Source of the DNA: a virus
Virus record (IMG/VR): IMGVR_UViG_3300011116_000416
Span: 21,615 to 85,614 of that record
Length of the DNA stretch: 64,000 nucleotides
Reading direction: 5' to 3' (one strand)
Positions 46,118 to 57,300 of the stretch are shown piece after piece (position 1 is the stretch's first letter; each line of letters starts with the position of its first letter). The notes beneath the pieces were generated by a model. It saw only the letters and a program-made list of their open reading frames with translations. It was not told the origin of the DNA and did no database searches. Both the position numbers and the translations under genes were made by a program.

Positions 46118-47716
46118 TTACTGGGACCTTCTCCCTTCGCCTCTTGCGTTTCTACCCTGAATAGTTGCTGTGCTATCTGCCTGTGCTTGCTGTCTTTCTG
46201 CATCACGAGTTCTATTTTGAGCATTGTTTGCAGTTGCATCCGCAGCCTGTCTAGCAGATAGCTGAACCATTGAATCGCTCTCTTCACGTTCTGGCAAATT
46301 AAGGATTTCACGAGCCTCGTTAGGAACCATAATTTGGTTCTTTACATAGTTGGTCAGAATTTGTGACTGTGCTAGTTCATCTGTAAGTGTTAACTCGTTG
46401 AACTTAAGTTCTAGAACATCTGTTTTTTCACGAATAATCTTATTGAGAATCTTTTCAAGGTTGCGTTGTGCTGGTCTTGCAACCTGCTCCTTGAATGTTC
46501 TGTCTTGTGCTAGTGCATCTGCAATTGATGTTGAGCTGCTACCGCCAAGTTTTGACAGTGGTACTTGGTGGGCAACCAAAATATCATCACGATTTTGCTC
46601 ACGGTACTTACCAAAAGAGCCTTCCTGAATACCATTCTCAATTGGCTCCATCTTAAACTCAACCTTATTGGTTTCAGAGTCTCCTGGCAATGGAATATAC
46701 AAAGTTCTGTGGGACTGCCCCTTCAAGCCTGTTTGTAGGAAGCGGAATAGCTTGTCTTCTGCTTCTGATGTAAGCTGTGCACCCTTCAGAGTTACTATGT
46801 AACGAGGAACAGCCTTGTTGTTGAAATAATCAATGTTGTACTGAGATGCTAGCATATCTCCCAACAGAGATGGCATCGCTGCAATAATGTCTGGAATACC
46901 ATAGAATGTGTTTAGTGGAGAATACTCTTTGATATGAATAATCTCATTTGGTCTAGGGTCATCTGTAATATAGTTAACGTTCTTAGCACCAAAGTTACGG
47001 AAGTATACAACCTTGTTGGCAATAATCTGTACATAGCCATCACGCAATCTACGGACACGCATGGTAGATGCTGGAATATGACCAATATAGCCAATCTCTC
47101 CTGTTACTGTACGACCAACCTCAATGTATCCGTTACCCATTGCGTGGACATCTGTAAATACCTTTTCAAGAACTGAGGTGAATGACTCGTCTTGGTTTAA
47201 TCCTTCTAGCCAGTCACGAAGTTGAACTTTGAGTCTTTCAATGCGTTTACGAGCACGAGCCATCTGTTCTGGTGTTGCTGCCTCTAGTCTTAGACTTGTC
47301 TTATCAGAAACAATAAAATCGTAGCCAAGACCAACTGTATTCTCAACCTTTGCATCAATAGCAGCGTGGTTGGCAAATGATGTGTCATAGTAACTTGCTA
47401 ATTCATATAGGTTATATGGTGGTGTGATTACGTCAAATAGTGCATAGGCATTTCTAAACACTACTCCTGGATTTATGGCATTTGATTTTGCACCATTAGT
47501 TCCAGTCTGAACGGCTCTAGCAGATTCTAGATAAGCATCATCACCCAAAGCTTTTGCCATTCTAGTGCTTCTACGCTTAAAATTAGTGTTCATGCCAGAA
47601 TAGGACTTTACCTCGTCCCAGGATTTTGTAAATGGGTCTAGGTCAGCAAACTCGCTTCGTTCTTCTGGAACCTCGTCTAGTCTTGCTGGGGTATATGCGT
47701 GTTCATAATAGTTCAT
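46118..47716 (-). CDS. portal protein
   Basis: GNGYIE, EIIH.....P...YG.P, YF.N..VP, IL.AH.VP, PNEARE. Confidence 0.92.
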   Translation of the reverse strand: MNYYEHAYTPARLDEVPEERSEFADLDPFTKSWDEVKSYSGMNTNFKRRSTRMAKALGDDAYLESARAVQTGTNGAKSNAINPGVVFRNAYALFDVITPPYNLYELASYYDTSFANHAAIDAKVENTVGLGYDFIVSDKTSLRLEAATPEQMARARKRIERLKVQLRDWLEGLNQDESFTSVLEKVFTDVHAMGNGYIEVGRTVTGEIGYIGHIPASTMRVRRLRDGYVQIIANKVVYFRNFGAKNVNYITDDPRPNEIIHIKEYSPLNTFYGIPDIIAAMPSLLGDMLASQYNIDYFNNKAVPRYIVTLKGAQLTSEAEDKLFRFLQTGLKGQSHRTLYIPLPGDSETNKVEFKMEPIENGIQEGSFGKYREQNRDDILVAHQVPLSKLGGSSSTSIADALAQDRTFKEQVARPAQRNLEKILNKIIREKTDVLELKFNELTLTDELAQSQILTNYVKNQIMVPNEAREILNLPEREESDSMVQLSARQAADATANNAQNRTRDAERQQAQADSTATIQGRNARGEGRRSQ

Positions 47717-48111
47717 CGCTCGTCATCACCGTATAATTCAAATGTCTTTTTTGCTGCAATTAATGCACCCAGGTCTGTTTCAGAGGCAATTAGACCCTGA
47801 GTCATTCTATCCTTTTGTTCGCTGTATTCTTCATCTGATACTTTACGAACGTTTGCAAAAAAGACTGCTTTACCATCTGGCTGCCCATTCCAGGCTGCTT
47901 CTTTTTGCAATAAATCAATTCTTGTTTGGTCGCCCTTCATAGAGTCAATGCAAAGAGCATTTCCCTGTCCATCGGTAAAGAATTTGCCAGAGGGTAATTG
48001 CCAGACGTAGATTCCATAGTTTGAGAATGGTTCTTCGATTACCTGAACACGAGTCTTACCCACTTGACCCTTCATAACCTTACCAAAATCTTTGTTAATG
48101 TCGATATTCAT
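47713..48111 (-). CDS. conserved hypothetical protein upstream of portal
   Basis: G.YVW..P.G....D..G..L.I motif; leaderless-type promoter before ATG 48111. Confidence 0.7.
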   Translation of the reverse strand: MNIDINKDFGKVMKGQVGKTRVQVIEEPFSNYGIYVWQLPSGKFFTDGQGNALCIDSMKGDQTRIDLLQKEAAWNGQPDGKAVFFANVRKVSDEEYSEQKDRMTQGLIASETDLGALIAAKKTFELYGDDER

Positions 48112-48129
48112 AACCACTAGTATACCATA

Positions 48130-51100
48130 TTATAGGACATCAAGTGTAATTTCGGAGAATTCTACGTTTAAATAACCTAAATATTCGTATCCACCAAGAC
48201 GTAATCCTTGATATTCGTAGTTTGAATCAACTATTGACTTATTTGTACCAGTTAATGTCTTATAAATATCCTTAATATTATTACTATATATCTCAAAATA
48301 ATTTGGAATTGATGAATATTCCCAGGTTCCTAGTGCAATTCCAGCAGTGGTAATTGCACCAGATGGAGCTGTAAGGGATGTAGCCAAATACTTAAAAGAT
48401 GTGGTTGAAGGAATTGCTGTCACATAAGAGTCTGTAGTTGTGTTGTATTCCGTTGGAACTAAATTTCTAACAGCAACTTTTTCTGATAAAAACAGTCTAT
48501 GACTATTGGTTGTTGTAAGTGTAATTTCTTTTACTGATATTGTCGGGGTCTGTGTTGGAATTGGAATTGCCCAGTTATTGCCGCCAATCTCAGACCATAA
48601 AAGCTGTGTTGCTTTTTGCTGTAATTCTATTGGACTTGCTTTGTAGTAAGAAAGATTATTAATTAATAGATTTGACGTTAATTTCAGAACTCCAGACATT
48701 CCAGAAACACTAATTGGTTCTTTAAAGACAATTCCAATCATGTTCCATTCATTAAGACTGATTACTGGATTAGCAACTTTTTTACCATTAATATAATATA
48801 CTGGCTTTATTTCTGAAGATGTTGAAATTCTACCCTTAGTTTTTGCTGTATTGCTAGCAATAATTGAAAATGATATTGAGCCACCATTGCCTTCTAATTT
48901 TAATATTTGCATAGATGATGTTGGAAATTCTTTAAAATCTGCTAAAGCTGCAAACTGTAACGAGGCTATTTTTGCATCCGAATCCAAAGATTCGTTTGTG
49001 TTTACATAAATGCCCCTATCTGTTCCAGAACTATAGGTACCAGCAATTTTTATACCAGAATATTTTGTTAAATATAAGTATGGCATACTTTCTTTAAATA
49101 TTAAATATGGATTTTGGCTTTTATAATTAAATGTTGTTCCGCTTTGAGTATATGGATATATGTTAACAGAATGCTTTGTTCCCAACGCATTTGCTGCATT
49201 TGCATTAAAAGATTGTGCGGCTAGTTGTAGATATCTAAAATTGGTTGGTTTAGTATTAATTCCTGGTATGTTTGATTCAACGTGTATAACCATTGCAAGA
49301 GTGGTTAGGTCCATATCTGTTGGTGGATAAATTATCATATTATTAACAACCTCGTACTTAGTTGTTGCACTAAAAGTTGTTGCGTTTACAACATTATTAG
49401 AATTTGGAGAAACTGTAGTAGTAAATGTTGAGGCTGCTGCATTTGCACCAGAAATAATTGTTTGAAAGCTAACATATGTCTTTACTAGTGATGCCGATGT
49501 GTCGTAGTTTGAGCCAGAATACACCTTTGGCTCTGGGTAGTCAAAGTTAAACTGAATTAAATCTAATGCATAAACGTCATTTCCAGATGCGTCAGAGACT
49601 GTTTTTGCTAACTTGCTAAGTGGAACATAATTTTCCCAGTATGAATTAACAGCAATATCTGGAATTATCTTGCTAAATAGGTTATTTGAAATAAGCGTAT
49701 AGGTTGCTGTTCTTGGAAGAAGACTTGCTACGGATGTAGATAAATTAGATAGATATCCGTTTGCATCAAATAGACTTGTGATGTCTGCAGCATTTCTTGT
49801 AGAGCATAGTCCTACTTTATAAATATTTCCACTAAATGTTTCTGATAGACTTCTGTCTCCACCAATATAGATATCAAGATTTGACTTGTTCTTTAAAAAT
49901 GTTGCTAGATTTCCATTTTTAGAAATTAATTTTGCTACATCTATTCCAACAGCAAATGTTGTATTTGTAGTTATTGTTTGTGCTGGACTAACTAAAAGCT
50001 CTTCCGATAAATTTTGATATTTAAAAAGGTATGAAACTGTTGTTCCTGTTAAAGATATTTTTAAATAATCACCATTTATATTATTTTCTATTTTGATTAG
50101 GATTTGCTCTGAAACCGAATTTTCTATGGCTTTAAAAACACCATACAAGCATGATGTTAAATTTTTGGTTGGGTCATAATTATCTAAAACAATATACCCA
50201 GTATTTGTTGTCCATGACCTACCAGAGCCAGAAACTACGCTAGATGGCTTAAGATTCATAAATGAATTAGACTCTCCAGAAGCCACATTTGTTTCATATA
50301 GGTCAGCTAGCCACAATGCGTTTGAGTAAAGTGAGTTTTGAACTATTGGTTCATTATATGTTGTTGGTGACAAAGTCTCTTTTGCAAGTACCGAAAAATT
50401 ATCTATGCTAGATGCTTGCTCCCATTTTGCATCTGTTCTTGGATAATTATAGTTATTTGCATAATTTGAAAAAGGATAGTCAATAAGTACTGTCTGACCG
50501 TTTGTTGTTGATGCATATTCCTCTGGAATTTTTACACCTTGTGCATACACAAATCTACGTTTTTGTAATGTTTCAGAGACTTTGTATGGATAAATTGCCA
50601 CTGAATCAATATCTACCGATGGTACTGATGTAGCATATGCATAGAAGCCTAGCCAATCTTGGCTTTTAGAGGAGCCATCTAGCTTTGCTGGTAAAGAAAG
50701 AGATGCATTATCTATCGACATTGAAATAACCGTATCTCCATCTAGACAAAGATTTGCAAATCCATCACCTATCTGTATTTGATACAATGTTGGTTTAAAT
50801 AGTTCAGAAGCATAATATGATTCAATATAGTCTCCTACCTTTAAAGTGATGTATTCATTTGTTACATACAATCCATCTGTAGATGCTAATGGTCCGAATA
50901 TGCGTTTTGGTGTTGTTGTATTTGCATTTATCCTGGCTAAAAACTCTATTGTTAATTCTTTATATCTTCCAATCTCATTTAAAAATCCAAATCCAGGAAA
51001 TATAAATGATGGTTGATTTGCAGTAGCATTTGGATATATGGTCATAATATTTAATGAACCATAAGACATTGGAATACCACAATTTTTAGCATATAGCTCA

Positions 51101-52008
51101 TTTCCACTACCAATATAATAGGCACTATAAATTTCATCACCGTATGACTTTGTTTCAATGCCGCTTGTTAGCGTAGTAGATATCGTTGCTGGAAGTGAAA
51201 AAAGTGACTGACCAAATGATTCACCGTTAAATTTTTCTGAATCTTGACCCAGCGTTAATCCATTAATATAATAAATCGGACTTGTATCAAGGTAACTAAT
51301 GTTGAAAATTAGTTTTGCTCCAGATGCAGAATCTTCTGATGTATATGATATTGGAATCCAAGAATTAAATGAATAATTAATTGGATTTATGTCTATAGTT
51401 CCACTAAAAAATTTTGCAGCTATTACTGTACCACCAGTGCCAGAACCAAAATCTGGCACAGATGTATATATTCTAAAAACTGTTGCAGTTAAACCTGTTG
51501 CTGAGACGGTGCCAGACACGTCATAAATTGATTCGCCTCCAGCACTTGTGCCTGAAACTGTAACATATTCTCCAGCAACTAAATTATGATTTCCAGTACA
51601 AGTATATTGCAAATATGTGGATGTTCTTGTAATAGTAGATATCGTTGCTATTTTTCCAGAACCATATCCAATATTTATAAATGCCCTGTTTGATGTTTTA
51701 AGATAAAAAGATACTGTAAAACCAGCACTCGTTGAACTAAAGGTAAATGGCGATACTAGGTATAGATTTGCATTTCCACCATAGGTTGGTGTAGCCGTTC
51801 CTGTAATCTGAGTTACATAACTTGATGAAAATGGTGCGGTTGAATCTGATGTCGATGCTACCGTGGCATTTGTTGCTGTCCATGTTGATAAATCTCTATT
51901 TGTCCCAGATATTAGAGATACATATTCTGCTTCACTATCTAATGACCATAAGGCTAGCGGATGCTCGCTTAGAAGTTTATCTGCATAAAGATTAGATGGA
52001 GTGGACAT
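48130..52008 (-). CDS. large virion structural protein (LamG-like, beta-rich)
   Basis: N-terminal Y...L.EHPLALWSLD; two copies of the repeated beta-module. Confidence 0.6.
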   Translation of the reverse strand: MSTPSNLYADKLLSEHPLALWSLDSEAEYVSLISGTNRDLSTWTATNATVASTSDSTAPFSSSYVTQITGTATPTYGGNANLYLVSPFTFSSTSAGFTVSFYLKTSNRAFINIGYGSGKIATISTITRTSTYLQYTCTGNHNLVAGEYVTVSGTSAGGESIYDVSGTVSATGLTATVFRIYTSVPDFGSGTGGTVIAAKFFSGTIDINPINYSFNSWIPISYTSEDSASGAKLIFNISYLDTSPIYYINGLTLGQDSEKFNGESFGQSLFSLPATISTTLTSGIETKSYGDEIYSAYYIGSGNELYAKNCGIPMSYGSLNIMTIYPNATANQPSFIFPGFGFLNEIGRYKELTIEFLARINANTTTPKRIFGPLASTDGLYVTNEYITLKVGDYIESYYASELFKPTLYQIQIGDGFANLCLDGDTVISMSIDNASLSLPAKLDGSSKSQDWLGFYAYATSVPSVDIDSVAIYPYKVSETLQKRRFVYAQGVKIPEEYASTTNGQTVLIDYPFSNYANNYNYPRTDAKWEQASSIDNFSVLAKETLSPTTYNEPIVQNSLYSNALWLADLYETNVASGESNSFMNLKPSSVVSGSGRSWTTNTGYIVLDNYDPTKNLTSCLYGVFKAIENSVSEQILIKIENNINGDYLKISLTGTTVSYLFKYQNLSEELLVSPAQTITTNTTFAVGIDVAKLISKNGNLATFLKNKSNLDIYIGGDRSLSETFSGNIYKVGLCSTRNAADITSLFDANGYLSNLSTSVASLLPRTATYTLISNNLFSKIIPDIAVNSYWENYVPLSKLAKTVSDASGNDVYALDLIQFNFDYPEPKVYSGSNYDTSASLVKTYVSFQTIISGANAAASTFTTTVSPNSNNVVNATTFSATTKYEVVNNMIIYPPTDMDLTTLAMVIHVESNIPGINTKPTNFRYLQLAAQSFNANAANALGTKHSVNIYPYTQSGTTFNYKSQNPYLIFKESMPYLYLTKYSGIKIAGTYSSGTDRGIYVNTNESLDSDAKIASLQFAALADFKEFPTSSMQILKLEGNGGSISFSIIASNTAKTKGRISTSSEIKPVYYINGKKVANPVISLNEWNMIGIVFKEPISVSGMSGVLKLTSNLLINNLSYYKASPIELQQKATQLLWSEIGGNNWAIPIPTQTPTISVKEITLTTTNSHRLFLSEKVAVRNLVPTEYNTTTDSYVTAIPSTTSFKYLATSLTAPSGAITTAGIALGTWEYSSIPNYFEIYSNNIKDIYKTLTGTNKSIVDSNYEYQGLRLGGYEYLGYLNVEFSEITLDVL

Positions 52009-52029
52009 ATACTCTATTCTACCACATAA

Positions 52030-52062
52030 GAAAATACCCTGCCAAACTATGACAGGGTATCT
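52030..52062 (-). terminator. intrinsic terminator after nrdJ
   Basis: ATACCCTGTCA..TGGCAGGGTAT followed by TTTCTT. Confidence 0.75.
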
Positions 52063-52069
52063 TGCTTAT

Positions 52070-54109
52070 TTAATTTTTATCTGGAATTTTGATTTCACAG
52101 TAATCGGTGGTACAATAGGCTTCGCCTTGTGCTTCCAGATTATCTACTCCATCATAAATAGCAGAGAAGTCAATCTTTGCTAGTCTTCCAATGTAGTAGT
52201 CATATTCTTCTTCTGTGATTTCTGTATATGGTTGCTGTGGATAGACATCGTTACCCATTGATAGGAATGATACCGCCTTTAGCTGACCTTCATACATGTT
52301 CAAAACAGAAGTGATATGCTTTGTTTCCTTTTCCTTGTCAAATGACAGGGTTACAGAAACTCCGTTGTCTGACCAATACTTCTGAGCAGTAGCAGCAAGT
52401 GCTGTCTTCTCAAATAGAGTAACATCCTTTTCTGCTCTCTTGTGTCCAGATGCTATTGGGAAATACACTACGGAGGTATTTGCTGATACTAGGTCTGCCT
52501 CAATCTTATACCCTGCCGCTCTAAACAGATGTAGCATTGGGTCTTGGTTGCTAAAGCGGATTGCTCTTAAATAGAACTTTCCACCTGGACCCCAGTGAAC
52601 ACCAGGGGTAGCACCAGAAAGGATTGACACAGAACCAGATGGTTTGATGGTTGTAACACGGATTGATTCACGCACACATAGCCACTCGGAATATTTGCGG
52701 TCATAGTAGCGAATCTTGTTATATCCTTCATCCATCCAATCACGAACTGTAGGTAGTCCATGGTCATCAGCAAATGATGCGATACCAGTTAGAGATGTTC
52801 CAATTCTTCGGTTTCTCTGCATGATACCGTTTGTTTGTTGCCAGTGAGTAGGAAGTAGTGTAACTGTCTTTCCATACAGATAGGCAAACTTTAACGTACG
52901 CAAGAAGTCTTCCTTAGATTCGTGACGATTTAGGTGAACTTCTACAAGCGTACAAAGCTCGTATGATTCTAGTGGCTGTTCTGCACATGGGTTAAATCCC
53001 ATAACACGATAGTCTTTACCATCTGCAGGGTCTGCCAAACGACCATAGTTGCGAGCAACATCTAGCCAGATAAATCCTGGTTCTCCATTATCTGCAATGC
53101 GGTCAACATACTTTGAGTAATCCATTCCTACTGTTGCAGAAACAGAGTTATTTGACATCCAAGCCCATCCAGGATTCTCAGGGTCATATGAGTTACGCTC
53201 TGGGAATACTTCTGGATTCTTTAGATTTAAGAAGTCATCGTCACTCTCTGCTCCTAAAGCTAGGGTAGCAGAACGTCTAACGTTACCAGATACTACACAA
53301 GTGCCAATTAGGTTTACTAGGTCTACGATGGCACGAGCATCAAGTACCTCGCCAATACGCTGTCCTAGAACATGGCTAATCTTTTCGTGTAGTTTGATTA
53401 GTGGTCCAGGACCTGATGCAATACCGCCAAATCCTTTGATTGGGGCACCTTCTGGTCTAATTAGCGAATAGTCAAACTTCTGGATATTCTGACCTTGACG
53501 AAGATATGAGTTGATTAGCAATCTAGTTGCTTCTACCCAGCCTTCACGAGTGTCTGGTATTTCGTAGATAACTTCTGGCTCTGTTGGTCCATAGATTACG
53601 AAGTTCTTGTCTTTTCCAAGTGTATCAAAGCCAACTCCAATACCAAGCATAAGAGCATCCATAATCCAAGCAAATAGGGCACCTGGGTCATTCTTGTCTA
53701 GGTCTTTAGTAGATACCATGGCACAATTCTGCAACGCTGCAGAGTTACGTTTTTCCATGGTTAGCTGTGTTCCAAATGTCCACATACCACGACCTGGTGG
53801 TGTCCATTTTAGGTTAAACATTCTATCGAATGCCTCCTGTGCTGATTTCTGTGCCTTATAGTCATTCCAAGGGAGACGATTCTCCTTTGCATGGTTTTTC
53901 TGGACAGAATACATACCTTCAATAACTCTGCGTACTACTTCGTACCAGCGTTCTTTAGTTCCGTCATCTTTGACTCGTGAGTAGGTGCGAACAAAGGTAA
54001 TTTCACCTAATGCGTTGCCACCTGCATCCACGAATCCAAAGGGAGATTCCAGGGTTTTGTACTTTTCGACAAAATCTGCTGGGAGTGTAAATGAGAAAAA
54101 ATCTGACAT
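52070..54109 (-). CDS. nrdJ: class II (adenosylcobalamin-dependent) ribonucleotide reductase
   Basis: PPGRG, NCA, GNVRRSA, NPCAEQ.L...ELC, TTIKPSG, C-terminal CTTDYC; no nrdB or nrdG nearby. Confidence 0.92.
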   Translation of the reverse strand: MSDFFSFTLPADFVEKYKTLESPFGFVDAGGNALGEITFVRTYSRVKDDGTKERWYEVVRRVIEGMYSVQKNHAKENRLPWNDYKAQKSAQEAFDRMFNLKWTPPGRGMWTFGTQLTMEKRNSAALQNCAMVSTKDLDKNDPGALFAWIMDALMLGIGVGFDTLGKDKNFVIYGPTEPEVIYEIPDTREGWVEATRLLINSYLRQGQNIQKFDYSLIRPEGAPIKGFGGIASGPGPLIKLHEKISHVLGQRIGEVLDARAIVDLVNLIGTCVVSGNVRRSATLALGAESDDDFLNLKNPEVFPERNSYDPENPGWAWMSNNSVSATVGMDYSKYVDRIADNGEPGFIWLDVARNYGRLADPADGKDYRVMGFNPCAEQPLESYELCTLVEVHLNRHESKEDFLRTLKFAYLYGKTVTLLPTHWQQTNGIMQRNRRIGTSLTGIASFADDHGLPTVRDWMDEGYNKIRYYDRKYSEWLCVRESIRVTTIKPSGSVSILSGATPGVHWGPGGKFYLRAIRFSNQDPMLHLFRAAGYKIEADLVSANTSVVYFPIASGHKRAEKDVTLFEKTALAATAQKYWSDNGVSVTLSFDKEKETKHITSVLNMYEGQLKAVSFLSMGNDVYPQQPYTEITEEEYDYYIGRLAKIDFSAIYDGVDNLEAQGEAYCTTDYCEIKIPDKN

Positions 54110-54143
54110 AGTGTTTCCACCTTTCCATAACTGTGATGTATCA

Positions 54144-54171
54144 AGTATACCACAGTTTTAGAAAATGTCAA
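54144..54171 (-). promoter_or_regulatory. sigma70-type promoter for nrdJ
   Basis: TTGACA-16 nt-TATACT with an extended TG. Confidence 0.7.
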
Positions 54172-54174
54172 ACA

Positions 54175-54303
54175 CTACTTATTTTTAATGTTTTCTACTT
54201 CTTGAATCAATAATAAAATTGCTTGATATGCCTTTTCTAGTGCATCGGGATTTGTAATACCATCACTTTTCCACTGCTCAATGAGGTCTTTTATTTCATT
54301 CAT
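54175..54303 (-). CDS. small hypothetical protein (not in ORF track)
   Basis: 42 aa MNEIKDLIEQWKSDG...; TAATG-coupled to the tail fibre gene. Confidence 0.55.
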   Translation of the reverse strand: MNEIKDLIEQWKSDGITNPDALEKAYQAILLLIQEVENIKNK

Positions 54304-57300
54304 TATGCCCACGCTCCTACAGTAGTTACTGTTCCGTTACCAATTGGGGTAAGTTTAAAAATCAGTCCGCTTTGCATAGTTACACCATTGTCACCTACAA
54401 CTGAAGAAGTAAGAGAAGGATATACCTTGGCACTACCAGTACCTGTAACTCTAATGGTTCCCCTAACTCTGTATGTAGAGAATCTGTTACCAGTGCTAAT
54501 TGCAGCAGCAACAACAACACCAGTAGCAGTTACAGACCTAACAGTGCTCATAGTTACTGCCCCAGTAAAACCTGTTGTATTTGAACCATAATCAATAGTT
54601 TGAGTATAAGCAACAGTTGGAGAGCCGCTTACAGTGCTAGAAGTAAAGTTGTGAGTTAACGTCATTGTAGTTGCTGAAATAAATGACATTTGAACTGACG
54701 CTAATAATTCAAATTCATAGGTTGTTCCAGCAGCCAAAGTTATACCAGTAGTAGTACCACCCAAAATAGATTGAGCAGCAGCTGAACCAGAGAAATCAAG
54801 TGAATAGGTGGAATTAGATACATAAATATAGTTTTGAGTTTTTAATGCTCTACCTGGTGTTGTATTGGCTGTTTGATAGAATACCGTGCCATCATAGTCC
54901 ATTGTTCCAGATGTTGCTGTTGGTGTTCCAGCATTTGTTTGAAAAGTTATGGGGTAAACAGAAGTATTTCCAGCAACAAGAGTTAGGTTACTTGTTAATG
55001 TTCCGCCAGTAAATGACCCTCCACCACCAACTAAGTTAGTTCCAGCAGATGTTGCACCAGTAGAAATATCAATATAGAATCCACGGTTAGTTCCACCAGT
55101 TTCAAAAAAGCGTAATCTGTTTTGATAAACGTCAATAGAAACACCAGTTGTTAAAGTTGTATTTGTAACTGATTTTGCAAGGTCAATCTGACCTCCTTCA
55201 TCTCCAGAAGATTGATTAGATTTTAGTATTGCAGAGGTAGATATGTCTCCAGATGCTGTAAATGCACCAGATGGAGAAACTGACGCAACAGTTGTTGGTG
55301 TATTAGTCTGCCATTCTTGAAGATTGGCTGTCTGAGATGCGGCACCACGAATAACGGCACCTATTGATGAAGCTCCACCAACAGTATCTGTATTAACTGC
55401 AAAAGTTGTTCCTGTTATAAGTGAACCAATACCAATTTGTCCACCTGGACGAACTCTAGCTGTTTCGGTGGCATCACTTAATTGCCAAGATTGTAGGTTT
55501 GCTGACTGACTTGCCGCTCCACGAACAAGAACACCAATAGTTGCAGCTGCTCCAGAAACAACTCCAAGTTGTGCCAATGAACTTGTAGTTCCAATCGAAA
55601 GTGTTCCAGAACCTGTAATACGCATACGTTCTGAGCGACCAGTTGTTCCATCTGTTGCTGTTTCAAATAGTATTGCTGAACCTAATCCAGTAGTAGTAAA
55701 GTTTTCGTTTGCAATCATTCTTAGGGCAGCTGAGTTTCCACCAAAAGCCGATGCGTTATTGTATCCTTGAGCAAAAAGACCAAATAGTAAATCGTTTGCC
55801 TGGACCTGAGTTGGAGATGCTATTGTACCTCTTGCACGTCTTCCTGTAATGCCTGGACCAGTTCCAGCGGTATCGCTAACTGTAGTATCTATATAGTTGC
55901 TACCTGTGCTAGATGATGTTCTTATTTGACCTGTAGCGGCTTGAGTTGTTCCAGCAATTTCAGTTCCAACAGTTAATCCGCCAGTCGCTGAAACAGATGC
56001 AACGGTGGTTGGTGTACTCGTCTGCCACTCAGTAAGATTCGCAGTATGTCCAGCTGTACCACGAATAGCAAGACCTACCTGAGTTGTTCCATATGCGGTT
56101 GATGAAATCAGGGCATTTGAAATAACGGATGAACCACCTACAACTAAAAATCCGTTTTGGTCTACTTTTAGAAGTGTGCTAGGTGTGTTGTTTTGTATTT
56201 GCAATAAGTCAACGCTTTGACCAGAAGCACCACGAATAGTAACACCAACTGCACCAGAACCAGAGTTCATAACTCTAAGAGTTCCACCTAATGATGATAG
56301 AGCTGTTCCACCCACACCAAGAATTGGCAATTGTGTATTTCCAACCGATGATATACTTCCTAAAATAGCACCAGCACTTGACTGTAGCTCCATAATATTT
56401 GCTGCTTGAGATGCCGCTGCTCTAACAACTAATGGAGTATTGTTAGCAGAAAGAGCTGTAATTCCAACTTGAGAATTTTGCGTAACAGTTCCAGCAACAG
56501 TAATTGCACCAGGATTCGAACCAATACCTATAACAAGTGTTGAACCAGTTGTTCCTCCTCTAGCAACCCATGTACCATTGTATCCAGCAGGTGTTATACC
56601 AGCAATAACAACTGTTTGACCAACAGATATACCGTGAGCTGTTGCTGTTGTAATAGAAATATCTGTAGTTCCAGTTGGTGTCTGTGTGTTGATTGCAACT
56701 GTTGTAGTTCCCTGTATTGGAGTTGTTCCGCCTGTAAAAAATTGACCTTGTGCATTTACTCCAGCAAGAACAGTAGAAGCATTTTCCCAAGTTTGAAGAT
56801 TTGCACGGTAGTTAGCAACAGAGTGTCTTGCTCTTATTGCGTTTACTGTTACATCTTGAGCTGATGAAGTAATAGACCATATGGCAGAAATTGCTGGAGC
56901 AACAATATCACCAGCTGCTGTAATGTATGTTTGTGTGCTACCACCAGAGTTAATATATCTAAATACGTCTGTCGCATTTCCAGATGTTCCAGCACCTTTA
57001 ATAACTAATCCAACAGCTCCTGGGTGTGGTTGTTTAAAAAATCCTGCTGGTTCAACTGCAATGGTTCCAGTTGCTGTAAGAGCACCACCATTTGTAAATG
57101 GAGTAGTTGTTCCAGGAGCAACAATTGTAACTGTCCAAGCACCGCTAGAGCCACCAACCGCTGTAGTAATCCAAGAGCCATTGTATTGTGCTTGGCTTGC
57201 ACCAGAAACAATAATCTTTTGACCAGCTGCAAATGGGTTATATGTCTGAACTGTGCTTACTGTAAAAGTTGCTGTGCTGCTTGTTAGAAATGGGTTTGTA

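Noticed and set aside
54110-54145. Cobalamin riboswitch before nrdJ
   Set aside because: The promoter is about 30 nt from the start codon, leaving no room.
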